Shown here: positions 48,821 to 61,414 of the stretch, piece after piece
Position numbering within the stretch: position 1 is the stretch's first letter
Layout: every line of letters begins with the position of its first letter
Origin: Marsupella aquatica
Lineage: Eukaryota > Plantae > Marchantiophyta
DNA length: 64,000 bases
Assembly (NCBI GenBank): GCA_973895155.1
Contig: OZ316892.1
Coordinates: 21,515,619-21,579,618, forward strand
Direction: 5' to 3'
Position numbers and translations under genes: made by a program
The notes under the pieces: generated by a model
Told to the model about the DNA's origin: nothing
Seen by the model: the letters and a program-made list of their open reading frames with translations, nothing else
The model's database searches: none

Positions 48821-50750
48821 TTTTTCATGCAATACACTGTCATTGGGCTAGTAATATTTAGAACATTACTTAGGCTAGACCTATTGGCAGTAGACAAAAC
48901 ATATCACAACAAGGATACTTAGAAATATCTTTCATATTATGTTTTTTCAAATTCTCAATATATCTTAAGTTCATCTTTCCTCATCCTCTGGTCTCTGATT
49001 TTCTTGCTAGGTTTTGTCACCTCTACCCTATCCTGAAATGTGTCTCGAGGGGTCACTCCATTGTTTGTTGTTTCCATGGCATGGACAAAATCCAAAACAA
49101 CATTGTCCCTATCTTCCTCTGTCATGACAATTTTCACTATTTGGGTCTTTTTCTTGAACTCTTTTTCCAAGAATCTTAAAGGTTTTGGTCATGTGGATAT
49201 ATTACAATTGTTGTCAACCATGATGAAGCTGTTTCTTAGCTATATCCTTGTTACGATAGAGTCTCAGACATGTGTGTTTTAGCGTTTGTAGGTAAGTCTA
49301 CAAATTCCCATCTGAACACAAGAGAATAGGCAAAAACCCACTTATTACCAAAGGAAAATACAAATATATAAGTAGGATCTAAGAACACCAATATCAAACT
49401 AGGTAAAAGTCACAAATAAGGTACTATAAATTTGATTTCCAACCGGGGCATGTGACAGTTTTTACGTGTGAATGTCAACAGCTATTATCTGACCAACAAG
49501 TCTGTACTATCATTGGCTCCTGGTTACATGTGTACATACCCCAAACCCTTCGGATCTGTTCCCTGCCAATGTTTACTACAAGGCAGTCCCAAAAGTGAGA
49601 GTAGTTCTCCTAGGAATCCACTTAGTAAGAAAAATCTTAATTTACATGTATGGAGTGTAATGACGCTTACTAGCTAGCGATGAAAATTTCAATAACTTAT
49701 GGAGTTAGTTCCCTTGCAGTTTTCTTCGCTGTTTGTTAATGTAGGATACAATATTTGCATGCGGTTTATATTAGAGTCAATTAAAAAAGGTGTCGTGGAT
49801 TTTCAAGCGTAATGGATAAATTGGTTACTCGTGTTATGCCTTGGACATCACCTTAGCCTTTTGGTAGCATGGGCAATCTTAATAGCACAGTCTGCATGTC
49901 ATCAGTCAATGAGCCCGAGGTTATTGCCCGTGATATCTATTGGTGGAACTTAATTATTAGGGTTTGTTTCCTTTAACTATATAGCCTCACAGTAACCTCA
50001 GGGAACTCTTCCCGCCTGTGCGCGCCCAGCCTTAATTAACGGCAGACCTCTGTTGTTAGTCACCGTACTGGCATGGGATTATTACTTAGTGCTGTGCGCG
50101 CATCCAGGCCTAATGGTTGCGTCTAGAACTCCTACAGCTGGTACAGCATGAAGTTCTTAGCCAATGTATAAGTAGGGTTATTACTGTGACTGGGGTTATC
50201 TAACCATTACTAGAATTGTAACGGCAGGCTCTTTCTTAGTCACTGATTGGGATTGCTGCTGGGACTTCTGATCTAGGTTGCAGGTCTGTCTCATTTAAGC
50301 CGGATGCCCCCACTCAATTCGCAGCATCTCAAGCATTTTGCCTTGTGCATTCTGTCATCTTAATTTTGGTGAGGAGCTTTGCACTGTAGGACTGGTGTTG
50401 CATTTCGGGAGCGCATTCAACGAGGTGGGCACTGTAAGTTTAGATACTCTGTTTGCGAGAGCAATGTCAGTTTCGTATTTGGCCAGTAGTCAAATTGCTG
50501 ATTCTGAGTCCTGAGTGGGTCGTCAATTAACAGTGTTTTTTCTTGACTTAAACAATGGTGGGGAGGCGATGTGTGTTTTCTTTTGGTCTCTCACGTAAGC
50601 TATACCAACAAGTGCCAGAGCGTAGCTTGCTTTTAGTGAAATATGCGTACGCGGCATGAATTGATTTACTCTTGGAAGCTGATGTTTCCAAGTTTAGATT
50701 CTAGTCAATATGAAGGTGAACATTTCAATGAAATCTGAATTGCAGTCAAT

Positions 50751-52673
50751 ATGGACAGCAACCCTGCTGGTGATTTGACCTACGTGGGTCCTTCTCCGAG
50801 TTCTGTACATCTGCACACGGCAAGCTCAACATATGAAGACCCAAGTGGATGGGACGGTCAAAGCAAGATGCCAAGTTCTGTGCTCACCACGATGGACCAA
50901 GACAAGGACATGCTCAATTTATGGGAGAATGCAAGCAACATGTCGACTGCAGGAGTTTCACCGTCGCTGACCACCCGGGAGGTAGTCATGCAAGCTGGCA
51001 TGCAAGCTGTCCTGAATACTGTACTTTTCGAGGACTACCTCACGGCGGAGGAAATTGAATTCCTGGATATGAGTGACAGGACTCACGAGTTGAAGGTGGA
51101 AATGCAGACCAAACAAAATCTACCATCAGCGACCCGAAGCAGTTGTGGAGTTGGAGATGGAATAGATATGAGTGGCAGTCTGGACGAATGTGAGAAGACA
51201 CGGGCAAAGGATCAAGATATTGCACTTCCGGACTTCATCGGAATAAAGTCGGCGAGGAAGGGGATCTCCCTGGGAGCCGACGATTGCCAACAGACAAGGA
51301 TTCATCGCCACTCTAAAACAGCTGTGTTGAGCCTGAGGTAACATTTATGGATTATTTCCATGAGTCGGTTTACACCTCTAGATGATCGTAATGTATTTGA
51401 TTGAACAAATGAACTAACTTGGCCAGCTCTCATCATTCATGCAAGTATGTATCAAAATGTCCATTTTTTGGGGGTTGGAAGTGAATGTTATCTGGCTGGC
51501 ATGCATTTCCGATGAATATAAATAGACAATAGTTTTAACTTCTCTACTTTGGTTGCAGGAACTTTTATGATAACGAAACTCCTTATCCCAACGATAGGCA
51601 GCTTTACAAGCTTTCGAAGCTCTCTGGGCTCACAATAAAGCAGGTAGCAGTTAATTTCCTTTTGGTGCACCTCAGAAACTAGAAGGGGGCCAGAATTTTT
51701 GAATTGCATGTTAGCTACCTGAAAATCACACGAATTTTTAACTATCAGAGAATATTTCAGCCGCAATTATTAATTTCAGCTTTCGAAAATACTTGTAGGT
51801 CAACACCTGGTTCGGCAACGAAAGGGAGAAGAAACGGGAGATGGGCACAAACAGTGCTGGTGTCAGCTATAAGAGACAGAACCACCACCCTGACGATGCA
51901 ATCAGTGTGTTGAAGTATAAATTCGCTACCAAGACCAGAACAGCTTCACTACTGTAGCTAATTGACTTCATTGCTAGTAGACAGGACTTGTAACAAGTAA
52001 TTAATTGGCAGAGACTGGTTCTGCTTCTAGTTGTTGAAACTTTAATAGCTTGCAATGTTTTGAATACACAATGATTATCCAGGTATAGTATCTACCTACG
52101 TAGCGCGCTAGTCCAGCTAGTGAAATGCAACTTAAACTTGTGTTGTAAATCTCTCTGTATCTGTAGCATTCTGTGAACAACTGCTTGACAATCTGCGTGG
52201 TGTTTATTCAGAGCATGGGTCGAAACCCACCCTGAAAATGCAAGGCCAACTAAGGAGGAGAAAATTCAGCTGGCTAACGAAGCCAAACTCACCTTGAAAA
52301 AAGTAAGTAAAGGCGCGCACTTTCCCAGCACAACTCCTGGCACAATTTTCCTTCAACTCTGTCGAAAAAACCCCAACAGTGTCATCTGGAGTTGCTTATA
52401 TTCTGGAATTTTAAATGCAGAGTGTCATCTGGAGTAGCTTATATTCTGGAATCTTAAATGCAGGTATCGTGCTGGTTCGAGAATTATTGTAGGAAGCAAC
52501 GGAAACTTGCCTATAAATTGGAGAAAAATCAACTGGCGAAGATCGAGGGATGGCTATTCGACGACTCAAAACCTGAAGAACAAGGATTAGAAGCTTTGCG
52601 ACTAGATGTGTGGGAATCCTGCATCAAGACCGGCGCTCTAAAGCTAGGAAATCTTGGGGCCGGACCCCAGTAA
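50751..52673 (+). CDS. Divergent TALE-class (BELL-like) homeodomain protein, 3 coding exons, 295 aa
   Basis: Exons 50751-51337, 52212-52302 and 52464-52673 splice in frame to give HSKTAVLSLRAWVETHPENARPTKEEKIQLANEAKLTLKKVSCWFENYCRK, compared with BELL [21 protein letters not shown]...QVSNWFINARVR. Confidence 0.8.
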
Positions 52674-52894
52674 ATTCAATATATATTTAGGCATATCCAA
52701 TAGAACTTGGATAGCTTGGGTTTATATCCCCCAAGTCCAAGATTGTTCTGGTGAATTTCCAATGAGTAAAGCAGTCCATACTAACCCAACACTGTCCAGG
52801 CCAGTTACTGGTAATTAATTTAATGGAGAGATAGTATTCTAGATTCCAGGGTTGGAGATGGAGGGTGTTACTTTCGAGTAGAGGACAGGACCAT

Positions 52895-53130
52895 CCGGTC
52901 AGCGTTATTTATACCCTAGTTGCTCTTTCCACCAGGCGATTTCTGACGGTGAAGCTTAACTAAAAGCCTGAAGCCCGATCTGAAGATGTGGTTACGTACG
53001 TACTCTGAAGATGCTTGGGTCCAAACAAACATCTGCCTCAACCAAAACCTAAACCAATGATCCTTGCTCTAGAGATGTTGTAGTCTTTGGTCAGTTTGGT
53101 ATATATGATGCTGCTGAATGAACTCAAGGG
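52895..53130. repeat. Diverged copy of the SKP1 upstream region (47360-47960)
   Basis: Colinear shared blocks ccggtcagcgtta, tagttgctctt, ctgacggt.aagct, cgatctgaagatgt, actctga.gatgc, ttgtagtctttggtcagttt, gctgctgaatga. Confidence 0.75.
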
Positions 53131-53337
53131 GATATCCAAGTCTTTGGTCTCTAGCTTAGTCACATGGCAGGAGAGCATGCAATGGTTGAATTGCAGAGTA
53201 GGCCGAGTTACTACAGTGGAAACTAAGGGAGTGACCGTGACAGGTCGGGAAAGGCGTCTGAACAGGCTGTTGAGTATGTACTGGTGCCAAGGGCGCTTAT
53301 ATATATGCTGCAGCTTATACATATGCTTTCAATAGTC

Positions 53338-53485
53338 CCGTGGGCCCTCACTCTCGGTGTAGATGTGTATATTAACTTGTGTATGTTAGCAAAACCCACC
53401 TGTGAACGGACTCCCCTCCAAAACCTTTTATATTAAGGTGTATGTTAAGCGAAAACCCACCTGTGAAAGGCCTCCCCTCCAACTC
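53338..53485 (+). mobile_element. Orphan left TIR of the CCCTGGGCCC family with subterminal direct repeats
   Basis: CCGTGGGCCCTCACTC matches the MITE TIR at 15/16 positions, followed by two copies of tgtatgtta..aaaacccacctgtgaa.gg.ctcccctccaa. No matching right end seen. Confidence 0.5.
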
Positions 53486-55506
53486 CAACACCTTTCAGTG
53501 CTCTTCACCTGTTATAAAAAATAAAATTGTCAAAGAGATAGGTGTTGTATTCAGCGCATTCACTCGGGTGTTGCATTCAGCGCGCAACTTGAACATATGA
53601 AGAAGCGGACGAACTTGAGCACAACTCAACTTGAACATATGAGAAGCGGAAGGAAACACAAAAAAAATGAAAACCTCTTACCTAAAATCTGCAAGAGGAG
53701 CAACAACTTGGGACTCGGGCGCGTCACAAGAATTGAAGAGCAGTAGCGCCTTGATTGCTGCAGACGTTTGGAACCTACCTTCCTAAGCAATGCTGTTCCT
53801 TCCAAGCAATGCTGTTCCTTCCAAGCAACACTCTTCTTCCTTCCTTCAGAGTGGCGCCAGCATCATCGAGCTCAGAGCTACATGGTGGCGATGACAAGCT
53901 AGGAAAGCAAACAAAAGAACCTCCCACCTCCAAACCCGCCGCCAAGGTTGACCCCGCGCGTATCCTCAATGCCTGCCTTGACATTTTCTCGTGTAAACCC
54001 TAAGCATCCCTCACAAAAACCTAAAAAACTCACCCAAACAAGCAAAAAACGAGTACTCAATACGGACACTCACTTAATGCCAGGGGGGAGCCGAGTGAGC
54101 TGGGATGACTTTTAGGGGGGAGTGCAGCATAGCCATAAAAGAGATCTCAATCGTCAAATAATGTGCTTTGAATTTAGAGAATTTAAATGTAAATAATTAT
54201 TTATCTCGAGCAGGTGACAAGCAAGCTAAAGGGAAGTTTAAGTGGACATTTATTGTAGATGGAGTGTATGGATAGATTTGATGGTGTACATCCCACTTGG
54301 GAGGGGGTCTTGCTGGAGTATTCTAATGGTATTTGCCAAATTTGACAATGTTTGATTATCTAGGAGCTGCACGAGTCACAAAACAAGACATATATAAACC
54401 CCAAGCCCCTTCACCAGACGAGCTTCTAGGTATCTGACTACCTTAGTCTTCACCAACATTTTGTACAGCATTCTTGGGGAAGATCCTTTGCTTGCCTTCC
54501 GCATTGAGAACCGGTAGATCTCTAATGATTACTCTGTTCAGCTCTAGAGCCCACCTGGCGACTCGGATGCAGTCTTCTGAGCGTGTTTGGTGAATGGTTT
54601 GGGGGAAGTGTTTGATTGCTTGTTTGTATCTGCAACTAAAATGCACAGCTTGGCATCCACTTCACATGTCTTCATCAATCCCATGGCTCTCATGCAAACC
54701 ACTAATTTGGCATCTTTAGTGAGTGTGTCAAAGTCCAGCAAAAGTTTCAGAAAGATACCTAGGGTCCATGTTTAAAAGCAGAATGGCCCTCACATGCAAA
54801 AGGAACTCACATAGCACATGATGTTGAATAGGATTTTTATATATGTTTAATTACGTAATGCGGTTGAACTATGTACTTACTATGTTTAAGTCTTCAACAA
54901 CATGTGATTTGCCACTTAATCTGCTCCTACTTCCTTGCACGCACGTAACCTCTCCCTTGTTTTCCTGAACATATATATAAAATGGGCAGATCATGAAACC
55001 CCAAGACCATTATGTTCTAGCTCCACATCATTATGCACAAGTGAATTGCCATCCCTAGTAATTGTGAAATGTTCGATCTTGGCAGAGTACATTGTTGTGC
55101 CTAGACATAATGCAATTTGCTCACGCAACTCAGAAGTAGTCAACTTGTCCAAGTTGGCCATTGCAATATAACGTGAACAAAAATTGGGTACTCCCTATGA
55201 CACTGCACCTCTTGTGCACGACTGATTCACGAGAAATTCCCTATGCCATGAGGGACCTGAGGGACCTAACTGTACAATAAACAGCGCGAGGCCAATGCGG
55301 TAGGGAAAGAAGACTGGACACACACTTTTTTCCTTGCCTTGGAATGGGTGGTTTGTTTCAAAAATATTTGAACAGCCCACCGAGATTGAAGTGCCCCTTG
55401 AGAATGTGACACAGTTTATTTTCCGCCTCAACTTCTTTGTGAAAGTTGAATAGCTCGTCGAGATTGAAGTGCCCCTCCAGGATGCAACACAATGCACTTG
55501 CCACCC

Positions 55507-58500
55507 TGTGACGCCGCCGGTACGGTGGTTAATGAGTGATTCAGTCTAAATTGCGCTCGGCACGCGCGTTAGGTGGGTCTTAGGCCGCTATTATTAGCAT
55601 AACGATAGTATTTAGGTAATCATTAGGGGTAGGACATCATTAGGCAATAAGGGGGACTTCAGGTTCGGGCTGGCGGCGGGTCGCTATTCGCACACCCGGG
55701 TTACGAGCGTGGAGGGGCCCCTCCCTCGGGTCCGTATAACGAACTTAAGGAAGCGGCCACTGACGCACGCTGACTCAGACCGGCGGAGTGGCCGGTACAC
55801 CACAAGCGTGAGCGGTTCAACCTATGGGCGTCGAGGAGACGTCGGGGATCGACAAGCCCTCAAAGTATAAAAGGGGAGCCAACCCTTTGTAGTGCACCAG
55901 TCCATCAGTCCGCGTGCCAGCTTCGACCCCAGCTCTCTCGTTCTCTCTAGGTCGCCACTACTATCTCCTCTGAATGTCGCACACGATCCTCTCCAGCTCG
56001 GCCATTCGATTCTGGACGCAGTTCCTATCTATCGGAAGGCACTTGGCCGATTCATTGAAACACGCCAACCCGCGCCGATACGAGATCGAACGCGAATACG
56101 AGAGAGCCATCCGCCTAGCAGGACGACACCACTACGTCCTTAACTTTGACTACCCGTCTCAGAGCGAGCTTTACCGACCAGCTGAGGTATCTGGGTACTT
56201 CTTCAACGGAGACAAATATATCGGGTTCTGGGAAGCATTGCTTCGGCTTCCGGACGAGGTCTTCAATATCCCGGGTACAATCGACCTGCAGCGACATCAC
56301 TTCGACCACATCCCTGCCCAGGTTCGGGCTGTCATTAACGGCGAGTCCAGTACCAACCGTTCGACAAGGGCGTCCGCACTCACTTTGGAGAACTTCTACC
56401 AGCACCTATGGAGCTTCTTGGGAACTCGGCCATCAACCAACATGACCAACTCAACCGGGCCCGTGCCCGTACCCGTACCCGTACCCGTGCCCATGCAACC
56501 TCAGCTTCAGCTTCAGCCTCAGCCGCAGCCTAGCCAAACCCCACCACCTATCACCCAGCCAGCACAGGTATGCTCCGTCATCAACGCTGTGGATCTTAGC
56601 GATGACGACGAGGCTACCCCACCCTTGACCAGGCGGCCCAGAGGAACAAGCGCTCGGGGGGCAGACACTATATCGTCCCCACCCCCTACTCTGACCCCAG
56701 GAGCAGCCCCAGCAGACAACATGGTGACCATGGCCGCCCCGGGCCCGTTACCAACCGCAGTGGCACTCCCCAGGCCCGATCGGGAGGATGGGGAAGTATC
56801 ACCTTCCCCGAGTCAGTCACGGGGAAAGAAGAGGAAGGAATCCGCCAGTGCATCCGGGTTACCGTTGGCCACGGTAGCCGTAGCCAAGGTAACGATGCAT
56901 CGCATGGGGGAAAACGTTCACAGCAACATCCTCCATCCCAAGCATGCGGTGTACCTGAAGACTCAGGGATTTGAGCACCTCGCCTCTCTCCCCTAGAACA
57001 CTTGCAGGTACTACGGGGAGGACATGACAGAATTCGTCAAGAATTATGACGACGTACGTCAACAGACTCGGCTACGGGGAAGGAATATGTCCCTCACAGA
57101 AGAACGGCTCAAGATGATCTTTGGGTTACCCGAAGGTGACCATCGAGTCGAATCACGGGCTCCCGGGGGCAAGGGGGCCAAGTACCAATCTTCAAGTTTT
57201 CCCTCAGAGGGAGCAGTAGACAACGGGTTCGTGATGAGGACCTGCCTCATGCCCGAGATAGCTGAGCGGCTGGAGTTCCAGAGGTACGCTCTCCACATGA
57301 TGGAACCCCGGGGGGAGATCTCCGCCGCCCAGGTCATCCAGGTCGAGAACTATCGACCTAGGAAATGGGCGTCGTACTTCGCTAAGAAATTCCATGAAGA
57401 GATGGAGCGGCGAAGGAAGACGCTGTACATTGGCGGGAAGGCGTATTTCGCTAGCCACATCGAAATCATTCTGGAGTGGTACGCCCGGTTTGATCGACGA
57501 ACCCTTCCCCGCATCAACGTTACAAAGCTGGTCCCAGCTAGGTGGGTTTTTCCGGCATTGGAGAGACGGCCCCAACCCGAGGCCCGAAGTCCAGTGGACA
57601 CGCCAGCTTCACCCACCCCACCTCCACAAATAGCTGTAAACGTAACCGAGGAGGCGCCGGAGGGGTCGGTCGTCGCAACCGTTGATGCGAACCAACTAGC
57701 CGGGCTAAGTACAGAAGTTGGTACGGTAGAGGTCTTACCCGAACCCGGGTCTCCCAAGGACCCGCCGGTGGCAATTCCGGAGAACCGGACATCGCTGCAG
57801 GAGGACACTCCAGCCCCTTCCAAAGTTATGTCCCCAGGGCTGGACGTCACTGCCCCGGCCCCTGCGCGTGTTGATGTCTGCCCGTGCCCAAATCCGGACA
57901 GGCACAACTTGGACCACCCGGAACTCTTCATACAGGGTACGTTTCTGAACGGGCTTCTGGGAGATTTCTCTCATCAAATTGCCCGGGATACCGGGGAGTT
58001 CATGGCCCGGAAGGTAGCCTGTTTCTTCAATCAGGAGTTGGTTGCCGCCGTAAAGGCAGGTCGGGCCCAGTCGGAGGCCCTTCAGAGGATAGAGCGGTAC
58101 CGGGTGGAGTCCGTGTACCTAAAGAACGAAGTGGCGGCTCAAGAGGCTGAGCTTCTGCAACTACGACCCAAGGTTGCAGCCGCCGACGAGTTGTTAGCAA
58201 AGGCGTACGCTCTTACCGCCCTAGCCAAACAGGCCAAAGCTGGGAACGAGGCCGAGATTACACGACTCCGGAACCAGATTGACAGTTTGAAGAAACAAGC
58301 TGTCACCTGGCAGAAAGACCTGGAGGAGGCCGAGGAGCGAGCCCAGCGGGACGCGACGGAGATAGCCATGCTGCAGGCCGAGATGGCGCGGCTCCAAACC
58401 GAGGCCGAGAAGCAGGACCAGCTAGCGAGTAAACTGACGAGCGACGCCCAGCAGCTGGAGGAGGCATGTCAGGAGGCAGCAGAGGAGACGGACGCGGCGA

Positions 58501-59520
58501 GGCGAGAGAACGAATCTCTGCTAGACCAGGTCCAGCTCCTCAAAGCGGACAATGACAGGCTTCGAAGGCAGCGGGATGGCCATTCCCATTCGGGTGGCTC
58601 TGGCAAGCGTGCCAGGCATTAGCGGCGGAGTAGGAATAGATTAGGATTAGGATTGGCTTAGTCAGGCTCTTGGGACAGGCACCTGCCTTAGGTGCAGCAG
58701 CGCTGCCGTGCTGTCCAGCCTGCGTAGATTAGGATCTTCTAATAAGACACAGCCGTTTTCCGGCCTGACTGTCAGCTTAGTTAGGACCTTGGTCAGCGAA
58801 TCTTCGGCGGGAGGACGCCCCGTTCCTCGGCTCTTAGTATTTAGTGCACCCCTCGGTAGAGGCAGGGGGGGTTTTTAGTTTCAGAGTCGGATATCCGCGG
58901 GACATGCGGGGAGTCCCGACCTCTGGGAATGACAGAGTACCAAGGGGAGGGGGTAGGACTAAGCTCGTCGGGCGAGTGCGGAGCCGGGCTCCGTTGTAGT
59001 GTGCACCCTTGGCCTTGAACCTGTGCATTCCAGGGCTGTCGTGTCAACTAAGTGTACGCATATGTTCCCTTTGTAGTAAAATCCTTTCCCATCATTTTTC
59101 CTTCGTGTAAATCGAGATTGTATGCATGTGTGCGCATATGTGTGTGGGTTTCTCGTATATGGGTGGCAGCGCCGGGCCGAACGCACTACCCGAGACGTGC
59201 ACAGGGTGCAGCCTGCGGGTAAGTGGTTGCGAGCACGGGTTGAGGACCTGTATTATCGAATCCGGATCGAAGGCGGACAGCACGAAGGCTTAGAAGCCCT
59301 TAAGCCGGGGTCGATCCTGCTATCGACTAAGGTACGTTCCGGCGGCGGAACACAAACCATACCTAGGAGGTGTCCGTATTTAGTAGTATGCGCACTTAGC
59401 GCTAGTTTACGAGAATAAGGTGCATTACGTGCTTCCCTTCCTGCCCGAACCCTCAGATTTACGAGGGATGTGCCCGTCTAAGCTGAAGTCTGAGTTAAGG
59501 CCGAAGCCTACGACGTGACA
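55507..59520 (+). mobile_element. 4,014-bp GC-rich solo-LTR-like element with 5-bp TSD
   Basis: TGTGACG...CGTGACA termini; TSD CACCC at 55502-55506 and 59521-59525; flanking gattgaagtgcccct repeats continue on both sides; TATA-like tataaaag at 55866. Confidence 0.9.
55974..58622 (+). pseudogene. Single 882-codon frame with one TAG: Pro/Gln-rich linker, Transposase_32/PMD-like domain, C-terminal coiled coil
   Basis: ORFs 55974-56996 and 57024-58622 are in frame, separated by TAG plus 9 sense codons. The TAG aligns with Trp of LPW in the homolog at 24397-25275. Confidence 0.7.
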
Positions 59521-60743
59521 CACCCCAAGATTGAAGTGCCCCTCAGGTCAAAAGCAAGCTTGAGGGGTAGTGAAAAGTCTTCCATTTTCTCCACAAAAAG
59601 GATATACTCCTTGTCCTTATTCCAAGAATATTCCATAATGACCAAAATGTGACATGGAATGGTTAGGATTGCTTGGAAAAGATTTAAAGATTAGATCTTG
59701 CATGCCAAGTCTTTGGAAGTGTGCACAACATTGTTGGAAGTGCCCCAACCTTGTGGAAGTGTGTCCAACCTTTTAAGGAGGGTATTCAACCACATTTTAA
59801 TGACATTTTTAGTACTTTCCCTCATTCCTTTAAAAGTGGTTGTCCTTGGTTCTGATTGCCTCCTTTGGTACCCCTCAATCTTGCCATCCACCCTCAAGGA
59901 TGCAAACAGTGCACTTGTTGCCTCAATTTCTTTGTCAAATTTCAACAACCCGCCCAAGTTTTGATCAATAAGTGTCCCCTTTGAAATGGCGTTATATCCG
60001 TAGTCTCAGCGCCCACCTCATCTCTGTTTGTTTGAACCCATAGAATACCCTCATGATAACCAGGAGGATTACACAGCTAATTTAATTTCCCCCATTCAAT
60101 AAGTCCACGTACTTTGGATTTATGTGAACTATTTTGGAGAAGACAATTGCATGCTGCACCTCCAGAATCCAAAGCCAAAACTTGCGGAAACTTTGTAATG
60201 GCTTGCCGGATTCTAAGGAAGGCATCCTATGTGGCAAAATACCCTTTACGGATTTTGTCTAGGAGATAAGGCACGCATCAATCATCCCAGCAATTTCAGA
60301 TGGATTGTTTTTCTCCTGCGGAAATTTATGATCGATCATTCCTCATTCAATTACAAAATGTGGGCTCAAACACTGTAGGCTCTCACATTTCCAATGTTCA
60401 GTTCTCCACCTCTGCAAGACACGTAACTTAAGATGGACTTTGGTACCAAAGACCACGAAGGGCCTTTACAACAACAGCTGAAGAGGTTGACAGTTGTTCA
60501 TTGATAGTTTGCGCAAAATTTGCTTTGTTGAGTATAGGAAGTTAATATGTACATATTTCTTTGTACAATTCTCAGATGTATAGATCGGATGCATACATTT
60601 TTTTGTTAAGAAGGAAGACCAGCCAAGGTGGGGGGCAAGGACCGAGCGCAAGGACTGGCGGCTCATTTGCAAACACAAGCCAAGCGGACGACTACGGAAG
60701 GCCAACTGCTGTCCGCTGCTCAGGCAAGCACTCGGGATGGAAG

Positions 60744-61223
60744 TGTTGAGCATAGACGACGATCGCAACGGCAAGCCCATGAACCATCCAACGCACAATA
60801 GTTGACACAAGAGATACGTGGTTCACCTCCTTGAGGCTACATCCACGGGAACACACAAGAGAGCTTTACTGAACTCTAAGCCCGTCGGCTATACCGAGTC
60901 TCCACAGTGTAAGCTCTCCCTATCTCTCAAGTGGCTCCATAACAATGAGCCTTGGTTCTTGGGCTTGCCGTTGCGATCGTCGTCTATGCTCAACAATTGG
61001 TATCAGAGCCTTGGTTCTACTCCTCCAAGCACACGTGCCTCTTATGATATAGTGTGCAACTTAGTTAACCTAACCACATTATTGTACCTAATCACGTAGT
61101 TGTACCTAACCACGTAGTTGTACCAAACCATGTTGTTGTACCAACCCACGTTGTTGTACCAACCCACGTTGTTGTACCAACCCACGTCATACCTAACCTA
61201 GACGTAAGAGTAAATACCCAACA
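60744..61223 (-). mobile_element. 3' LTR of the minus-strand copia element
   Basis: Minus-strand PPT aaggggaagat precedes TGTTGGG at 61223; ends ctatgctcaaCA at 60744; 18-bp tandem ccacgttgttgtaccaa at 61075-61190. Confidence 0.7.
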
Positions 61224-61414
61224 ATCTTCCCCTTGACTCTGGTCTAGGGGAGAGTAATACTGCCAATGTATATGATCCCTCAGCGGGAAGTTCTGGACAA
61301 AAACGAAACCGGTTTCCCTCTCTAACTAGAGCAAACCAGAACTAAGCCGTAGCCTAATACATAGGAATGAGGAAGAGCATATATCAGTAATTACAATGAA
61401 TGTTAAGAAAAACT

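Noticed and set aside
48428-48922. Overlapping short ORFs
   Set aside because: By-products of a low-complexity minisatellite.
56994-56996. Programmed stop-codon readthrough
   Set aside because: The TAG aligns with a Trp in the homologous ORF; a TGG-to-TAG mutation is simpler.
57059-58369. Several minus-strand ORFs within the GC-rich element
   Set aside because: Antisense frames expected in GC-rich coding DNA; no motifs.
54400-60460. Minus-strand coding-like fragments on both sides of the solo LTR
   Set aside because: Probably a decayed transposon gene after the orphan TIR at 53338, but too many stops and no motif I can assign.
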